Program-made: the position numbers and the translations under genes | Part shown: piece by piece, positions 9,028 to 18,389 of the stretch | Numbering within the stretch: position 1 is the first letter of the stretch | Layout: every line of letters starts with the position of its first letter | From: Thermoplasmata archaeon | GTDB lineage: Archaea > Thermoplasmatota > Thermoplasmata > Thermoplasmatales > GCA-001856825 | Assembly (NCBI GenBank): GCA_021792255.1 | Contig: JAJYUZ010000001.1 | Location: 434,135-498,134, forward strand | Length of the DNA: 64,000 bases | Direction: 5' to 3' | The notes under the pieces: model-generated | Told to the model about the DNA's origin: nothing | Databases searched by the model: none | What the model saw: the letters and a program-made list of their open reading frames with translations, nothing else

Positions 9028-9929
9028 TTCCCATTCCCCTTTGAAGCTTTTGAAATTTCGTATATCGCATTCGATAGGAAATTAGCGCCAATTCCCAATA
9101 TCACGATCCCCAATCCCGGGGGAAGTAGCCACCACCATGCTCTGTAAACGATTCCATCTTCGGCCTGGAAGAAATATAGCATGGTCCCCCAGTTCACAGA
9201 CCTTAGGTCTCCAAGACCAAAAAAGGCAAGACCAGCTTGAGCTACTACTCCACCGACTGCCAAGAATATCGCATTGATGAAGATTATAGGAAGGAGGTTC
9301 GGAAGGATATCTCTGATAATAATCTGCATTCCATTCAGCCCCGAGAGCTTTGAAGCCATGATGTATGGTCTTTCTTTGAGAGACAGTGTTTGCGATCTTA
9401 CTACCCTAGCAAGAAAAGGCCAACTCAAGATCGAGAGGACAAAAATCGTAGTTTCCAGAGTCGGTGGGAGAAATGCGGAAAGTATGACGAGCAAAGGAAA
9501 TCCCGGGATCACCAGCAGAACGTCTACTGCCCTCATCAGTACGTCGTCGACCTGTCTTCCAAAGTATCCTGCCACCACTCCAACTAGAACTCCTATGAAA
9601 GCAGAAAGGAGCGCGATGCTTAATCCCACGACCAGAGATGTTCCAGTACCGATGAGGAACCAAGAGAATATGTCAGCCCCTTCGTAATCGGTACCTAGCA
9701 GGTGTTGATAACTCGGTGGTTGGAAGGCTAGAGAGTTAGTGTTATAGGGCGAATACGGAGCAAAAAAGTATCCGAATATCGCAAGAAGACCCAATGCCGT
9801 CAGAATTATGAGACCCGCCCGTCCTTTTTTGTGCGACCATACTCCCTTCATGAAGCTCCTGAACCTGTTCATCGGGCTATTGCTTGCCAACGCCCTTTGT
9901 ATTTCTTCCGCTCTTGCTTCGGACATCAT
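9024..9929 (-). CDS. ABC transporter permease (OppC/DppC)
   Basis: HLLGTD..G.DIFS, multiple TM segments, EAA-like region and WWW..PPG. Confidence 0.92.
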   Translation of the reverse strand: MMSEARAEEIQRALASNSPMNRFRSFMKGVWSHKKGRAGLIILTALGLLAIFGYFFAPYSPYNTNSLAFQPPSYQHLLGTDYEGADIFSWFLIGTGTSLVVGLSIALLSAFIGVLVGVVAGYFGRQVDDVLMRAVDVLLVIPGFPLLVILSAFLPPTLETTIFVLSILSWPFLARVVRSQTLSLKERPYIMASKLSGLNGMQIIIRDILPNLLPIIFINAIFLAVGGVVAQAGLAFFGLGDLRSVNWGTMLYFFQAEDGIVYRAWWWLLPPGLGIVILGIGANFLSNAIYEISKASKGNGK

Positions 9930-10924
9930 TTTAAAACCACCCTTGGATCCAAATACGCATACAGCAAATCGACTATAAAATTGGCAATAATGGTAGTAAA
10001 TGTAATCATGACGAAAATTCCCTCGATCAGAGGATAATCAGAGACCGTCACGGCATTGTATAGAACATATCCAATCCCGGGGTAAGAGAATACGACTTCG
10101 ACCAGAAACGCACCTCCAACGATTGATGCAAACGCTAGTGCGACGCTGGTCGCAACAGGTAACCTGGCGTTCTTGTTCACATACTGTTTCCTTATCGTAT
10201 TGTCACTAAGTCCTTTGGCCTTGGCAAGGAGAACATAGTCCTCGTCTAGCACAGTCACTACCGTATTTCTCATCAGAAGTGCAAATCCCGTGAAAGACGT
10301 GATAACAAGAGTTATAATCGGGAGCGCAGAATGTCTGAGTACCGATAGGACGAATGGAAGATTAGTTCCAGGGGTTACCGTTATTCCATATCCCTGAGCC
10401 ACAGGGAATATATGAAAACCATTGATCACAATCAGAACTGCAAAAACGAGTTGGAATATTAGAGCCAGCCAGAAGTATGGTACTGAAGTGAGAGATATAG
10501 AAAAGCCCTGCAAGAATGAATCGCTTGCGCCTCTCTTCCATCCTGAATAGGAGCCAATGAATATTCCTAACACGATTGAAATCATCAAAGAGGTACCTAG
10601 GAGAAACAGGGTCCAAGGGAGATGTGTCATAATCAATTGCGAGACGGGCTCTGGATAATAATAGAACGAAGGTCCAAAGTTTCCATGAATAAGGGACCCC
10701 CAAAATCCGACATATTGTTGCCACAGGGTACCTCCAAGATGGAGTTCGCTCTCGATTATCTTGAGCTGGTATGGATTTATGCGCCCTGCATATTTTGTAA
10801 GCAAAACATCCATAACTGGATTTCCCGGTACAGCCCTAGGAAGAAGAAAGACAAGGGTCAAAGCAATGAAAAGAGTGATCGCCATATATATGGTTCTGCG
10901 TATAAGATACCGAAGCGTTATCAT
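9926..10924 (-). CDS. ABC transporter permease (OppB/DppB)
   Basis: PGNP, QQY..F...L.HG.FG.S, AKAKGL, VE.VFSYPGIG, DYPLI.G and LDPRV. Confidence 0.93.
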   Translation of the reverse strand: MITLRYLIRRTIYMAITLFIALTLVFLLPRAVPGNPVMDVLLTKYAGRINPYQLKIIESELHLGGTLWQQYVGFWGSLIHGNFGPSFYYYPEPVSQLIMTHLPWTLFLLGTSLMISIVLGIFIGSYSGWKRGASDSFLQGFSISLTSVPYFWLALIFQLVFAVLIVINGFHIFPVAQGYGITVTPGTNLPFVLSVLRHSALPIITLVITSFTGFALLMRNTVVTVLDEDYVLLAKAKGLSDNTIRKQYVNKNARLPVATSVALAFASIVGGAFLVEVVFSYPGIGYVLYNAVTVSDYPLIEGIFVMITFTTIIANFIVDLLYAYLDPRVVLK

Positions 10925-11105
10925 TTCAATGTTATTAGCTCATGTGATATAGTCCTTTTTGAACCTGAACTTACCCTCCCCTCACTTCAATCTCATAGTC
11001 GTATACTTTGGTGACGAACCTAAAAATTAAGATCGGAGGTGCTCGTCTATCTAAGATAATTCTAATTGCGAGTTTTCATAATTTAAATTTTAATTGAAAT
11101 GCGTT

Positions 11106-11147
11106 CTTAACGACCCACTTTTTTAACTGTTTTAAGTGGGGTTTAAG
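11106..11147. promoter_or_regulatory. Imperfect inverted repeat in the divergent permease/SBP promoter region; candidate operator
   Basis: CCCACTT (11114-11120) and AAGTGGG (11134-11140) with a 13-nt spacer, flanked by CTTAA/TTAAG. TATAAA at 11176-11181 lies about 25 nt before the SBP ATG. Confidence 0.4.
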
Positions 11148-11203
11148 TAGTTTATCTCTTAAAAGACCAGAAATCTATAAATTCAGGATGTATTATAAAG
11201 TCT

Positions 11204-13048
11204 ATGACGTCTGAAAATTCTGGAAACAAAGGAACTAAGGTACGGAGTAAAATCTTGACAATAGCAATTGTTACCTTCGTTCTGACTATGTCTTTCGCAG
11301 TTCTTTTTGCGAATGGAAACGCAGCAACGCAACCCAGCGGAACGTATATCTGGGGTACTCCGGTAAGTACTCCGGTCACGGACCTTAACCCGCTTGTGGC
11401 AACCAATCTTGCAGGCGAAGCGACAGCAATAATGTATCCAACAAGTCTTCTGTATCCTCTGTCAGATGGCAGTTTGATACCCTGGCTAGCAGAAAACTAC
11501 ACGATAAGTTCAAACGGCTTGGTCTATACATTTAATTTAGTCCACAACGCAACGTGGATGAATGGAACGAGTGTCGCTGGTCCAATAACTGCTCAGGATG
11601 TTGCATTTACATTCAATGTCCTTAAAGCAAATTCGACGCTCGATTCGTATGGAGTAGATCCCTATCTCAAGTCTGTCACCGCTGTGAACAACTATACGGT
11701 CCAATTCGTGCTTAACTCATCTTCAATAATGATGTTGACGTATCTTGCAACACAAACGGTAATACCCGCCGCGTGGGGATCCCTAGTGAATGGCAATCTT
11801 TCGGCGGTAGGAGGCTACAACAATCTTGACACACCTCACCAACTGCAGGCAGGGCCTTTTATCCTACAGTCTGCAAGTGAAACCTCATTAAACTTCGTTG
11901 CAAATACTCATTTCTGGATGGGTACACCTCACGTACTGAATTTGATCGTTGAGCCGTTTAAGTCTACCTCCGCAATGACTCTCTCATTCCAAAGTGGAGC
12001 TATTGACGCAGAGTATCCGGCCATCAGCGACTATGCTGCACTAAGCACAACCTCTAATGTAGTCAACAATATTTACAAGGAACCCTGGTCATACTACCTG
12101 TGGGACAACACACAAGTAGCACCATACAACAACACGAGTTTCAGACAGGGGCTTGCTTATGCAATTAACAAGACTCAAATCATGCAGAAGGCAGAAGATG
12201 GCATAGGCGGAAGCGGATCGTATGGAGGAGAACCTTGGACGAATACTTCTTGGTGGGCAGCAGGTTTGCCCGAGTATAAGTACAACACCACACTCGCTAC
12301 GCAGTCATTCGAAGCCGCTGGTCTTACTATGAAGGGAGGTTTCTGGACATATCCAAACGGGACTGCAGTGCAGATCAAGATCGTGGATCCACCAGTTTCT
12401 GATTGGACTACGGCTGCCTCTTTCATTGCCAATGACTTGGGCCAGGCAGGATTCCAGGTAACGGAGTCTATAGTGCCTTTCAGTACATGGGCAACCGACA
12501 TGTTCCACAGCAAAGTGTCCCAAGCAACTAATGTCATCAGCTACTTTGGTGCAACGCCATCATACTCCAACGCTTGGTATGTGTTACAGGACCTTTATTC
12601 CTACAACAGCTTCTGGGATGGCTATATAACTCACTGGAACAATGCAACGGTCAACAACATATTCAATCAGACAGCGACCTTGGTCAATAACAACACATTA
12701 CTGCTCCAAAAACTTGCAGTAGCACAGAGAATAATTGCACAGCAGGTACCAATGGTTCTGATAGGAGATGTTGGCAATTACTATGCGTATAACGATCAGA
12801 AGATAACCGGATTTGTTGCAAACGAGCCACCAGATGGAACCTACAATCTGATAAGAATATCAGTACCATCCTCGGTAACGACTACCCCAACTTCGACGAT
12901 ACCTTCCTACGTGTATGCACTGATAGTAGTGATTGTTCTGATAGTTGTCATAGTGCCTATAGTCTACATAATGTCCAAGAGAGGAAAGGCGAAGAAAACG
13001 GAAGAAGCCCCCTCGACACAACCGCAGGAACCTGAAAAGAAAACATAG
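11204..13048 (+). CDS. ABC transporter substrate-binding protein, family 5 (OppA/DppA), archaeal type with C-terminal TM anchor
   Basis: Signal peptide, DLNPL, PWLAENYT..NGL.YTFNL and ITAQDVAFTF. Ser/Thr linker plus C-terminal TM. Roughly 15 N-glycosylation sequons; Trp/Tyr-rich. Confidence 0.9.
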   Translation: MTSENSGNKGTKVRSKILTIAIVTFVLTMSFAVLFANGNAATQPSGTYIWGTPVSTPVTDLNPLVATNLAGEATAIMYPTSLLYPLSDGSLIPWLAENYTISSNGLVYTFNLVHNATWMNGTSVAGPITAQDVAFTFNVLKANSTLDSYGVDPYLKSVTAVNNYTVQFVLNSSSIMMLTYLATQTVIPAAWGSLVNGNLSAVGGYNNLDTPHQLQAGPFILQSASETSLNFVANTHFWMGTPHVLNLIVEPFKSTSAMTLSFQSGAIDAEYPAISDYAALSTTSNVVNNIYKEPWSYYLWDNTQVAPYNNTSFRQGLAYAINKTQIMQKAEDGIGGSGSYGGEPWTNTSWWAAGLPEYKYNTTLATQSFEAAGLTMKGGFWTYPNGTAVQIKIVDPPVSDWTTAASFIANDLGQAGFQVTESIVPFSTWATDMFHSKVSQATNVISYFGATPSYSNAWYVLQDLYSYNSFWDGYITHWNNATVNNIFNQTATLVNNNTLLLQKLAVAQRIIAQQVPMVLIGDVGNYYAYNDQKITGFVANEPPDGTYNLIRISVPSSVTTTPTSTIPSYVYALIVVIVLIVVIVPIVYIMSKRGKAKKTEEAPSTQPQEPEKKT

Positions 13049-13060
13049 TATTTGACCATC

Positions 13061-13094
13061 TTTTTTTTATTTTTCTTTATTTTCTTTCAATTTT
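13061..13094 (+). terminator. T-rich archaeal-type terminator
   Basis: TTTTTTTTATTTTTCTTTATTTTCTTTC directly after the SBP stop codon. Confidence 0.6.
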
Positions 13095-13170
13095 AAATCA
13101 CAGCTAACCTCTTTTGAATCGCTAGGATTTGTGACCACATTTTAATTATACGAACCTGAATTCTCTCCAG

Positions 13171-14385
13171 TCACCGGTAGATTAGGAATTCTTCTCTATT
13201 CTCGATAAACAACGACTCATCAGATTTCAGTTTCTCTTCAAGCGCTTCCATTTCACCGTTTTGGAGGTAGTTTCTTATCAGAGAAGTGCCAGCAACTCGG
13301 TCAAAATAGTCGTTGTGAAACTGGAATTCTTCTGGATAGTCGTGAATTAATAAGTCCAGTAGCCTGGCACTGAATATGAATGGCCTAAATTTGTTCCTGT
13401 CTCTTATGTGAACCTCAATGCCCTGACATTTCATACCCTGGAACTTTGAGAACGTCGGTGTGAACCTGATCTCGCTTACTGCCACACCGGGCATATTAAG
13501 ATCGTTGATTTCGTGGGCGAATTTGTGACCATCTATCCACGGTGCACCGATTATCTCAAACGGTTTTGTAGTTCCCCTTCCTTCAGAGACGTTTGTTCCC
13601 TCGAACATTACCTGTCCGGGATAAACGGTGGCCGTGTCAATTGAGGGCATGTTGGGAGACGGAAGTGTCCATGGCCATCCCGTTTCATCAAACCACATTT
13701 TTCTATTCCAAGAAGCCATCCTTGAGATTCTTAAATCGACCCTGTTCTCGAACAAATTTGCATTGGTCATCGAGGCAAGCTCCCCTAACGTCATTCCGTG
13801 CCTCATCGTAATGGCATAGGCACCAATATAAGATCTGTACTTGGGATAATCAAGAATTGGCCCTTCCACGCTCGCTCCGTTTATCGGATTTGGTCGGTCC
13901 AAGACTGTCAGCTCGATCCCCCTATTGGCACAAGTTTCCATTGCATTGACCATCGAAGCTACGTGCGTATAAACCCTTGTTCCCACGTCTTGAATATCGA
14001 AAATCACCGCATCCAGCTCCGATGCTATCTCTTCTGGAATATACTTTCCAGTATCTTTTGTATCGAACGATCTCATCTTGCCGTCCGTGCTCGGGATTCT
14101 CTGCTCTTTTTTACCTTGTCTGTATATGCTATAGACCATGACGCCTAGTTCTTTGTCAAAATAGGAAGGTACAGACTCGCCTGCCTGTTCGTTGATATGA
14201 AATCCGTGCTCGGGTGAGAACAGAGCAGAGATTTTAATTCCGAATTTATTTAGTAGGTAGTCTGCTGTATATCCCAGATCAAAAGAGATTCCAGTCCTAT
14301 TAGTTATTAGACCAATTCTCTTTTTTTGCAATTGCTGAGCGAATTCTTTCCCAACCGTTTCTAGGCCAACTTTGACGCGCACCAC
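13171..14385 (-). CDS. namZ: Exo-beta-N-acetylmuramidase NamZ/YbbC (DUF1343, GH171)
   Basis: KVGLE, GLITNRTG, LFSPEHG, FDIQDVGTR.YT, LDRPNP, RHGMTLGE, PSPNMP and EGTNVSEGRGTT.PFE. No signal peptide. Confidence 0.9.
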   Translation of the reverse strand: MVRVKVGLETVGKEFAQQLQKKRIGLITNRTGISFDLGYTADYLLNKFGIKISALFSPEHGFHINEQAGESVPSYFDKELGVMVYSIYRQGKKEQRIPSTDGKMRSFDTKDTGKYIPEEIASELDAVIFDIQDVGTRVYTHVASMVNAMETCANRGIELTVLDRPNPINGASVEGPILDYPKYRSYIGAYAITMRHGMTLGELASMTNANLFENRVDLRISRMASWNRKMWFDETGWPWTLPSPNMPSIDTATVYPGQVMFEGTNVSEGRGTTKPFEIIGAPWIDGHKFAHEINDLNMPGVAVSEIRFTPTFSKFQGMKCQGIEVHIRDRNKFRPFIFSARLLDLLIHDYPEEFQFHNDYFDRVAGTSLIRNYLQNGEMEALEEKLKSDESLFIENREEFLIYR

Positions 14386-14539
14386 CTCGTAGATTTCTCC
14401 AACTCTTAAGTGTTGCTAAATTATATACTGCTCCAGTAATCTGTCAGCGACCAGTCTAATAGGCTCAATTTCAGAATGCCGATAATAATTTCATTCTCTG
14501 GTTATGCAAAGAATTTTAGACCCAGTGGAATTGAGTTGG

Positions 14540-15556
14540 GTGAATATTGTATCAGTAGACGGCGGGGCAACGAAAACTATAGCCGTTGTCTACAACGAAG
14601 AAAAAAAATTGCTGGGAGCAGGAGTTTCTGGTCCATCGAACTACAGAAACGTCGGTGTTCGGATGTTTAAGATCAACCTTTTGAGCGCAATCGAAAAGGC
14701 AGTAGCTTCATCTGGAGCATCCGATATAGGGGAGTACACTTTTGCGCTAGCTGGAATGAAGGATTCCAAGAAGTCCTCAGATAAGATCATGGGGATTCTT
14801 AACGCGATCATTCCTAGCTCTAATATTTCGTTCTTCAATGATGGGGAGGCGGGTTTCTTCTCAAGGTTCCCTGAAGGGAGAGGAATTGTAGTGGCTCCAG
14901 GTACCGGAATGGTATCATACGGACGCATTGGAGAAAAGATCGAAAGATCGTCGGGTTGGGGTTGGTTTCTGGACGACGAAGGAAGTGCCTTTTCGATCGG
15001 TAAGCGGGCACTCCAGGAGGCAGTAAAATTAATGGACAAGAGGGACGAAAGAGTGTCGATTCTGCCTGATTTTGTGAGACAATATTACGGACTATCTGCG
15101 GATAGAGACATAATCAACATAATACACAGAAGAGTGTTCGATGTCAGGGGGATAGCTCTACTGTCTCGATACGTTTCAAAATTTGCAGTGGAGGGGGATC
15201 CCGTCTCTTTGGGAATAATGAAAGAAGCAGCGGAGGAGACATCACGAGCTGCAGTTTCACTCTACAAGAGACTGGGAGAGCCCAAAGATATCGCGATTAG
15301 TGGGTATGGCGGGGTTCTGAGAGCAGGCGAGTGGTACTGGGACACGATCAAGAAGAACATCGAAAACAAAATAGGAAAATCTCAGTTCAGACCTCCAATT
15401 TCTGGATACGAAGCGGTTCTAGGTTCCATAGTACTGAAATACAAAATCCTTGGAGTGAACGTCGACGAGGCTATGGTTACTGACTTTAGGAAGCAATTAT
15501 CGGTACTGATTGATAGAATGAGCGTTGAGGACAAGAAAGAGTTTCTTCTGCTTTGA
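14540..15556 (+). CDS. BadF/BadG/BcrA/BcrD-family amino-sugar kinase (GlcNAc/MurNAc kinase, MurK-like)
   Basis: VDGGATKT, GPSNY, ND, APGTG and GWG..LDDEGSAF.IG. The in-frame GTG at 14540 is the likely start (ORF track gives 14504). Confidence 0.8.
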   Translation: MNIVSVDGGATKTIAVVYNEEKKLLGAGVSGPSNYRNVGVRMFKINLLSAIEKAVASSGASDIGEYTFALAGMKDSKKSSDKIMGILNAIIPSSNISFFNDGEAGFFSRFPEGRGIVVAPGTGMVSYGRIGEKIERSSGWGWFLDDEGSAFSIGKRALQEAVKLMDKRDERVSILPDFVRQYYGLSADRDIINIIHRRVFDVRGIALLSRYVSKFAVEGDPVSLGIMKEAAEETSRAAVSLYKRLGEPKDIAISGYGGVLRAGEWYWDTIKKNIENKIGKSQFRPPISGYEAVLGSIVLKYKILGVNVDEAMVTDFRKQLSVLIDRMSVEDKKEFLLL

Positions 15557-15589
15557 ATGATGACAATTATTCTGAACTCGGACAGAAAT

Positions 15590-17014
15590 CTAGAGGTTTG
15601 CTCCCTCTATTTCCCCTGGATCATAAAATCCGAGTATCGAGTATAAAGAAGCCAGAACACTTTCGAGCTTTTCGCTCATCGCACTGATGTAACCAACCTG
15701 TTCGTTAAGAAGACTGGAATCTACTGGTATTCCTGTCGAAACAAAACAGCATTTATTGCTATTCGAAAGTTCGTTTATCATCTTCCATGTTTCACTCAAA
15801 TGAAGATTCTTTCCTATGAAGATCACATTTGCGTTTTCTAACTTCAGTTCGTCGTTGAGATAGCGTATCTCGTTCTCTATCTTCAGATCGTTAAGCTTCT
15901 TGCCTAATTGTTGATACATAGTAAAGGGCCAGGAGCTTTCGTCCCCCCTATTCCGGAGGGGCACGATAAAGACGCGTTTCTCCAGATCAAGTTTCTTCTT
16001 CCTGATCCACTTTATTGCATTAACTGATATCCAATTCATAACTTCAGGTGGAGAGGATGTGTGACCGGACGGATGGATGTTCATTCTCAGGAGCCTTTCC
16101 TCTTTTTGTTTCGTGTCCACCTCGGCTCTCTTTTCAAGATGTTCAAATATTTCTAGTGCCAGATCAGGGTCTGCGCATTCGAGAACGTCTGCGCCTCCGG
16201 AAAAAGACGATTTGGTGAACTCTGCAACTGAAAAATTTGCAGATATTGCTTTCATATCCAGAGAATCCGTAATTATCAGATTTTGGAATCCCAGATCCTT
16301 CCTGAGATACGACATTATTTTATTAGACATCGATGCTGGGAAATCTGGGTCTAGGGCTTCGTATTTGATGTGGGACATCATTATACTTTTCACATCTTTC
16401 TTTATTGCACTCTTGAATGGAGTGATGCTGTTCATTATTGAATCTGCCCCTCTTCCGTCAACTGGCAGTTTTAGATGTGAATCCTCACGCACGTAACCGT
16501 GTCCTGGAAAATGTTTCGCAGTAGCAGCAACTCCAGCAGCCTGTATTCCTTCTATATAGCCCTCGCCCAACCTAGAAACTACTTCTGGGTTTGCCCCGAA
16601 CGACCTCTCCATCACTATTGGGTTGTCTGAATTGGAAAATGTGTCGAGGACAGGGGCTAGGTTCCAATATATTCCGACCTCCCTAAGCTGATGTCCGGTG
16701 ATGTTTCCAGCGTACCTCGCAAAGACCTGGCTTCCAAGGACCCCGAGAGCATAATTGCTTGGTAGGTAATCTAGGTCCCTTATTCTGACAACATTCCCTC
16801 CTTCTTGATCTATGGCGATTATCGGTCTTTGAATTTTTAACTCCTTGTCGTAGAAAGAGAAGATAGTTCTAATCAAATTTCTCAAAGAGTCAATACCGTT
16901 GAAATCCCTTCCCAGGAGCACAATTGATCCTGGCTTTATCGTATTCAGAACCTTCTTCGTTTTCTCCATGTTGGTTCCGTCGATGCCGGGCTGAAGGAAT
17001 AGTCCTGATCTCAT
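15590..17014 (-). CDS. nagZ: Beta-N-acetylglucosaminidase, GH3 (NagZ)
   Basis: IDQEGG.V.R, NLAPVLD, RSFG, KHFPGHG....DSH (NagZ signature), MMSH and ITDSL.M nucleophile. No signal peptide. Confidence 0.9.
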   Translation of the reverse strand: MRSGLFLQPGIDGTNMEKTKKVLNTIKPGSIVLLGRDFNGIDSLRNLIRTIFSFYDKELKIQRPIIAIDQEGGNVVRIRDLDYLPSNYALGVLGSQVFARYAGNITGHQLREVGIYWNLAPVLDTFSNSDNPIVMERSFGANPEVVSRLGEGYIEGIQAAGVAATAKHFPGHGYVREDSHLKLPVDGRGADSIMNSITPFKSAIKKDVKSIMMSHIKYEALDPDFPASMSNKIMSYLRKDLGFQNLIITDSLDMKAISANFSVAEFTKSSFSGGADVLECADPDLALEIFEHLEKRAEVDTKQKEERLLRMNIHPSGHTSSPPEVMNWISVNAIKWIRKKKLDLEKRVFIVPLRNRGDESSWPFTMYQQLGKKLNDLKIENEIRYLNDELKLENANVIFIGKNLHLSETWKMINELSNSNKCCFVSTGIPVDSSLLNEQVGYISAMSEKLESVLASLYSILGFYDPGEIEGANL

Positions 17015-17153
17015 CGCTAATTATCCATTTCCTGTATATAATTTGATGGAGAGCTTTGAGTATCTTTGGTTAATGCCTTTCCCAGTGTCCTATCGATAGT
17101 TCACTTCCTTCCCTGAAAGACTGGGTTTAATTATTTGTAAGGCATGCTTTGCC

Positions 17154-18218
17154 ATGATATCTTCAGTCGAGTTCAAGAGAATCGAAATTGCAATGAAGAA
17201 GCCTTTTGTTATAGCAATCGGAAGCACTTCAGTCTATGAAGGATTCATCGTGAAGGTGAAGACTGACGACGGATACGAGGGAATAGGAGAGGCTGTGCCG
17301 ACGCCACATATCATGGGCGATACCATGGGTTCGGTCGAGAACGAGCTTGGAATATTCCAAAAGAATATAGTTGGAATGGAGACCAGCCCGGAAAGGATCA
17401 ATGAGAAGATGTTCTCTCTCGCAAGAAATTCAAAGGCGAGCAGAGCGGCAGTAGATATGGCCATTTGGGACATTATAGGAAAAAAAGCGAAACTTCCAGT
17501 TCATTCCATCCTTGGAAATTACAGGAGCGAATTTGAGACAAGTTACACGGTCGATCTAGTAGAGCCAGAAGTTGCAGGAAGGGAAGCCGCAGAACTGCTG
17601 AGGGATGGAGTCGTTGTTTTCAAGATTAAGCTCGGATCTGGATTGGAAAAGGACTATGCTAGGGTAGAAAGGGTTAGGAAAATAGTGGGTGATGATAAGG
17701 AGGTATATGTGGACTTCAATCAGTCATACTCTGCAAAGAAAGCAATAGCACTATCAGAAAAGATTTCAAAATTCAACATAGAGTTTCTTGAACAACCCGT
17801 GCCCGCAAACGATGTGAGAGCGCTGAGGTTTGTCAGGGAGCACACGTCTATCCCCGTGATGGCAGATGAGGCTGTCATGTCACCTCAGGATGCTGCCACA
17901 ATCATACAAAACGAAGCAGCCGATATGATAAACCTGAAGCTCATGAAGTCAGGGGGCATCACAGATGGGTTGACCATCATCAAGACTTCACAATCGTTCA
18001 GAATTCCTGTGATGATTGGTTGCATGGTGGAGACCAGACTGGCAAATACTGCGGGCTTGCACCTGGCTCTTTCTCAACCAGCCGTCAAATATACCGATTT
18101 AGATGGGTTCTCTAGCTTAAAGGAAGATATAGTCAACGGCGGAATCTCCTTCAAGAATGGAAAGAATTCGTTGGGAGATGGACCGGGATTGGGAGTCAAT
18201 CTCAAAAAAGGTTATTGA
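17154..18218 (+). CDS. Dipeptide epimerase (L-Ala-D/L-Glu epimerase-like), enolase superfamily MLE subgroup
   Basis: KIK, DFNQ, EQP, ADE, NLKLMKSGG, GCM.E and the DLD (DxD) motif diagnostic of dipeptide epimerases. Confidence 0.85.
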   Translation: MISSVEFKRIEIAMKKPFVIAIGSTSVYEGFIVKVKTDDGYEGIGEAVPTPHIMGDTMGSVENELGIFQKNIVGMETSPERINEKMFSLARNSKASRAAVDMAIWDIIGKKAKLPVHSILGNYRSEFETSYTVDLVEPEVAGREAAELLRDGVVVFKIKLGSGLEKDYARVERVRKIVGDDKEVYVDFNQSYSAKKAIALSEKISKFNIEFLEQPVPANDVRALRFVREHTSIPVMADEAVMSPQDAATIIQNEAADMINLKLMKSGGITDGLTIIKTSQSFRIPVMIGCMVETRLANTAGLHLALSQPAVKYTDLDGFSSLKEDIVNGGISFKNGKNSLGDGPGLGVNLKKGY

Positions 18219-18389
18219 AGGAATTTTTCTGGATTGATATCCATTATGATACGTTCCGAGTTCACTCTAGACTGTAGAAAGACCTTGGATCATTCGTTCA
18301 AATCGCCCCATAGCTTTATCGCTAAGTCGGATGCTGCGAAGAAAGATTTGATGAAAAGAAATATTAAAGCTCCTTGGATTTGACTGAGA

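Noticed and set aside
3049-17014. Chitin/GlcNAc utilisation locus
   Set aside because: NagZ, NagA and the kinase would fit, but MurQ, NamZ, the AmiE-like enzyme, DacB, the epimerase and LysA are murein-specific, and no chitinase is present.
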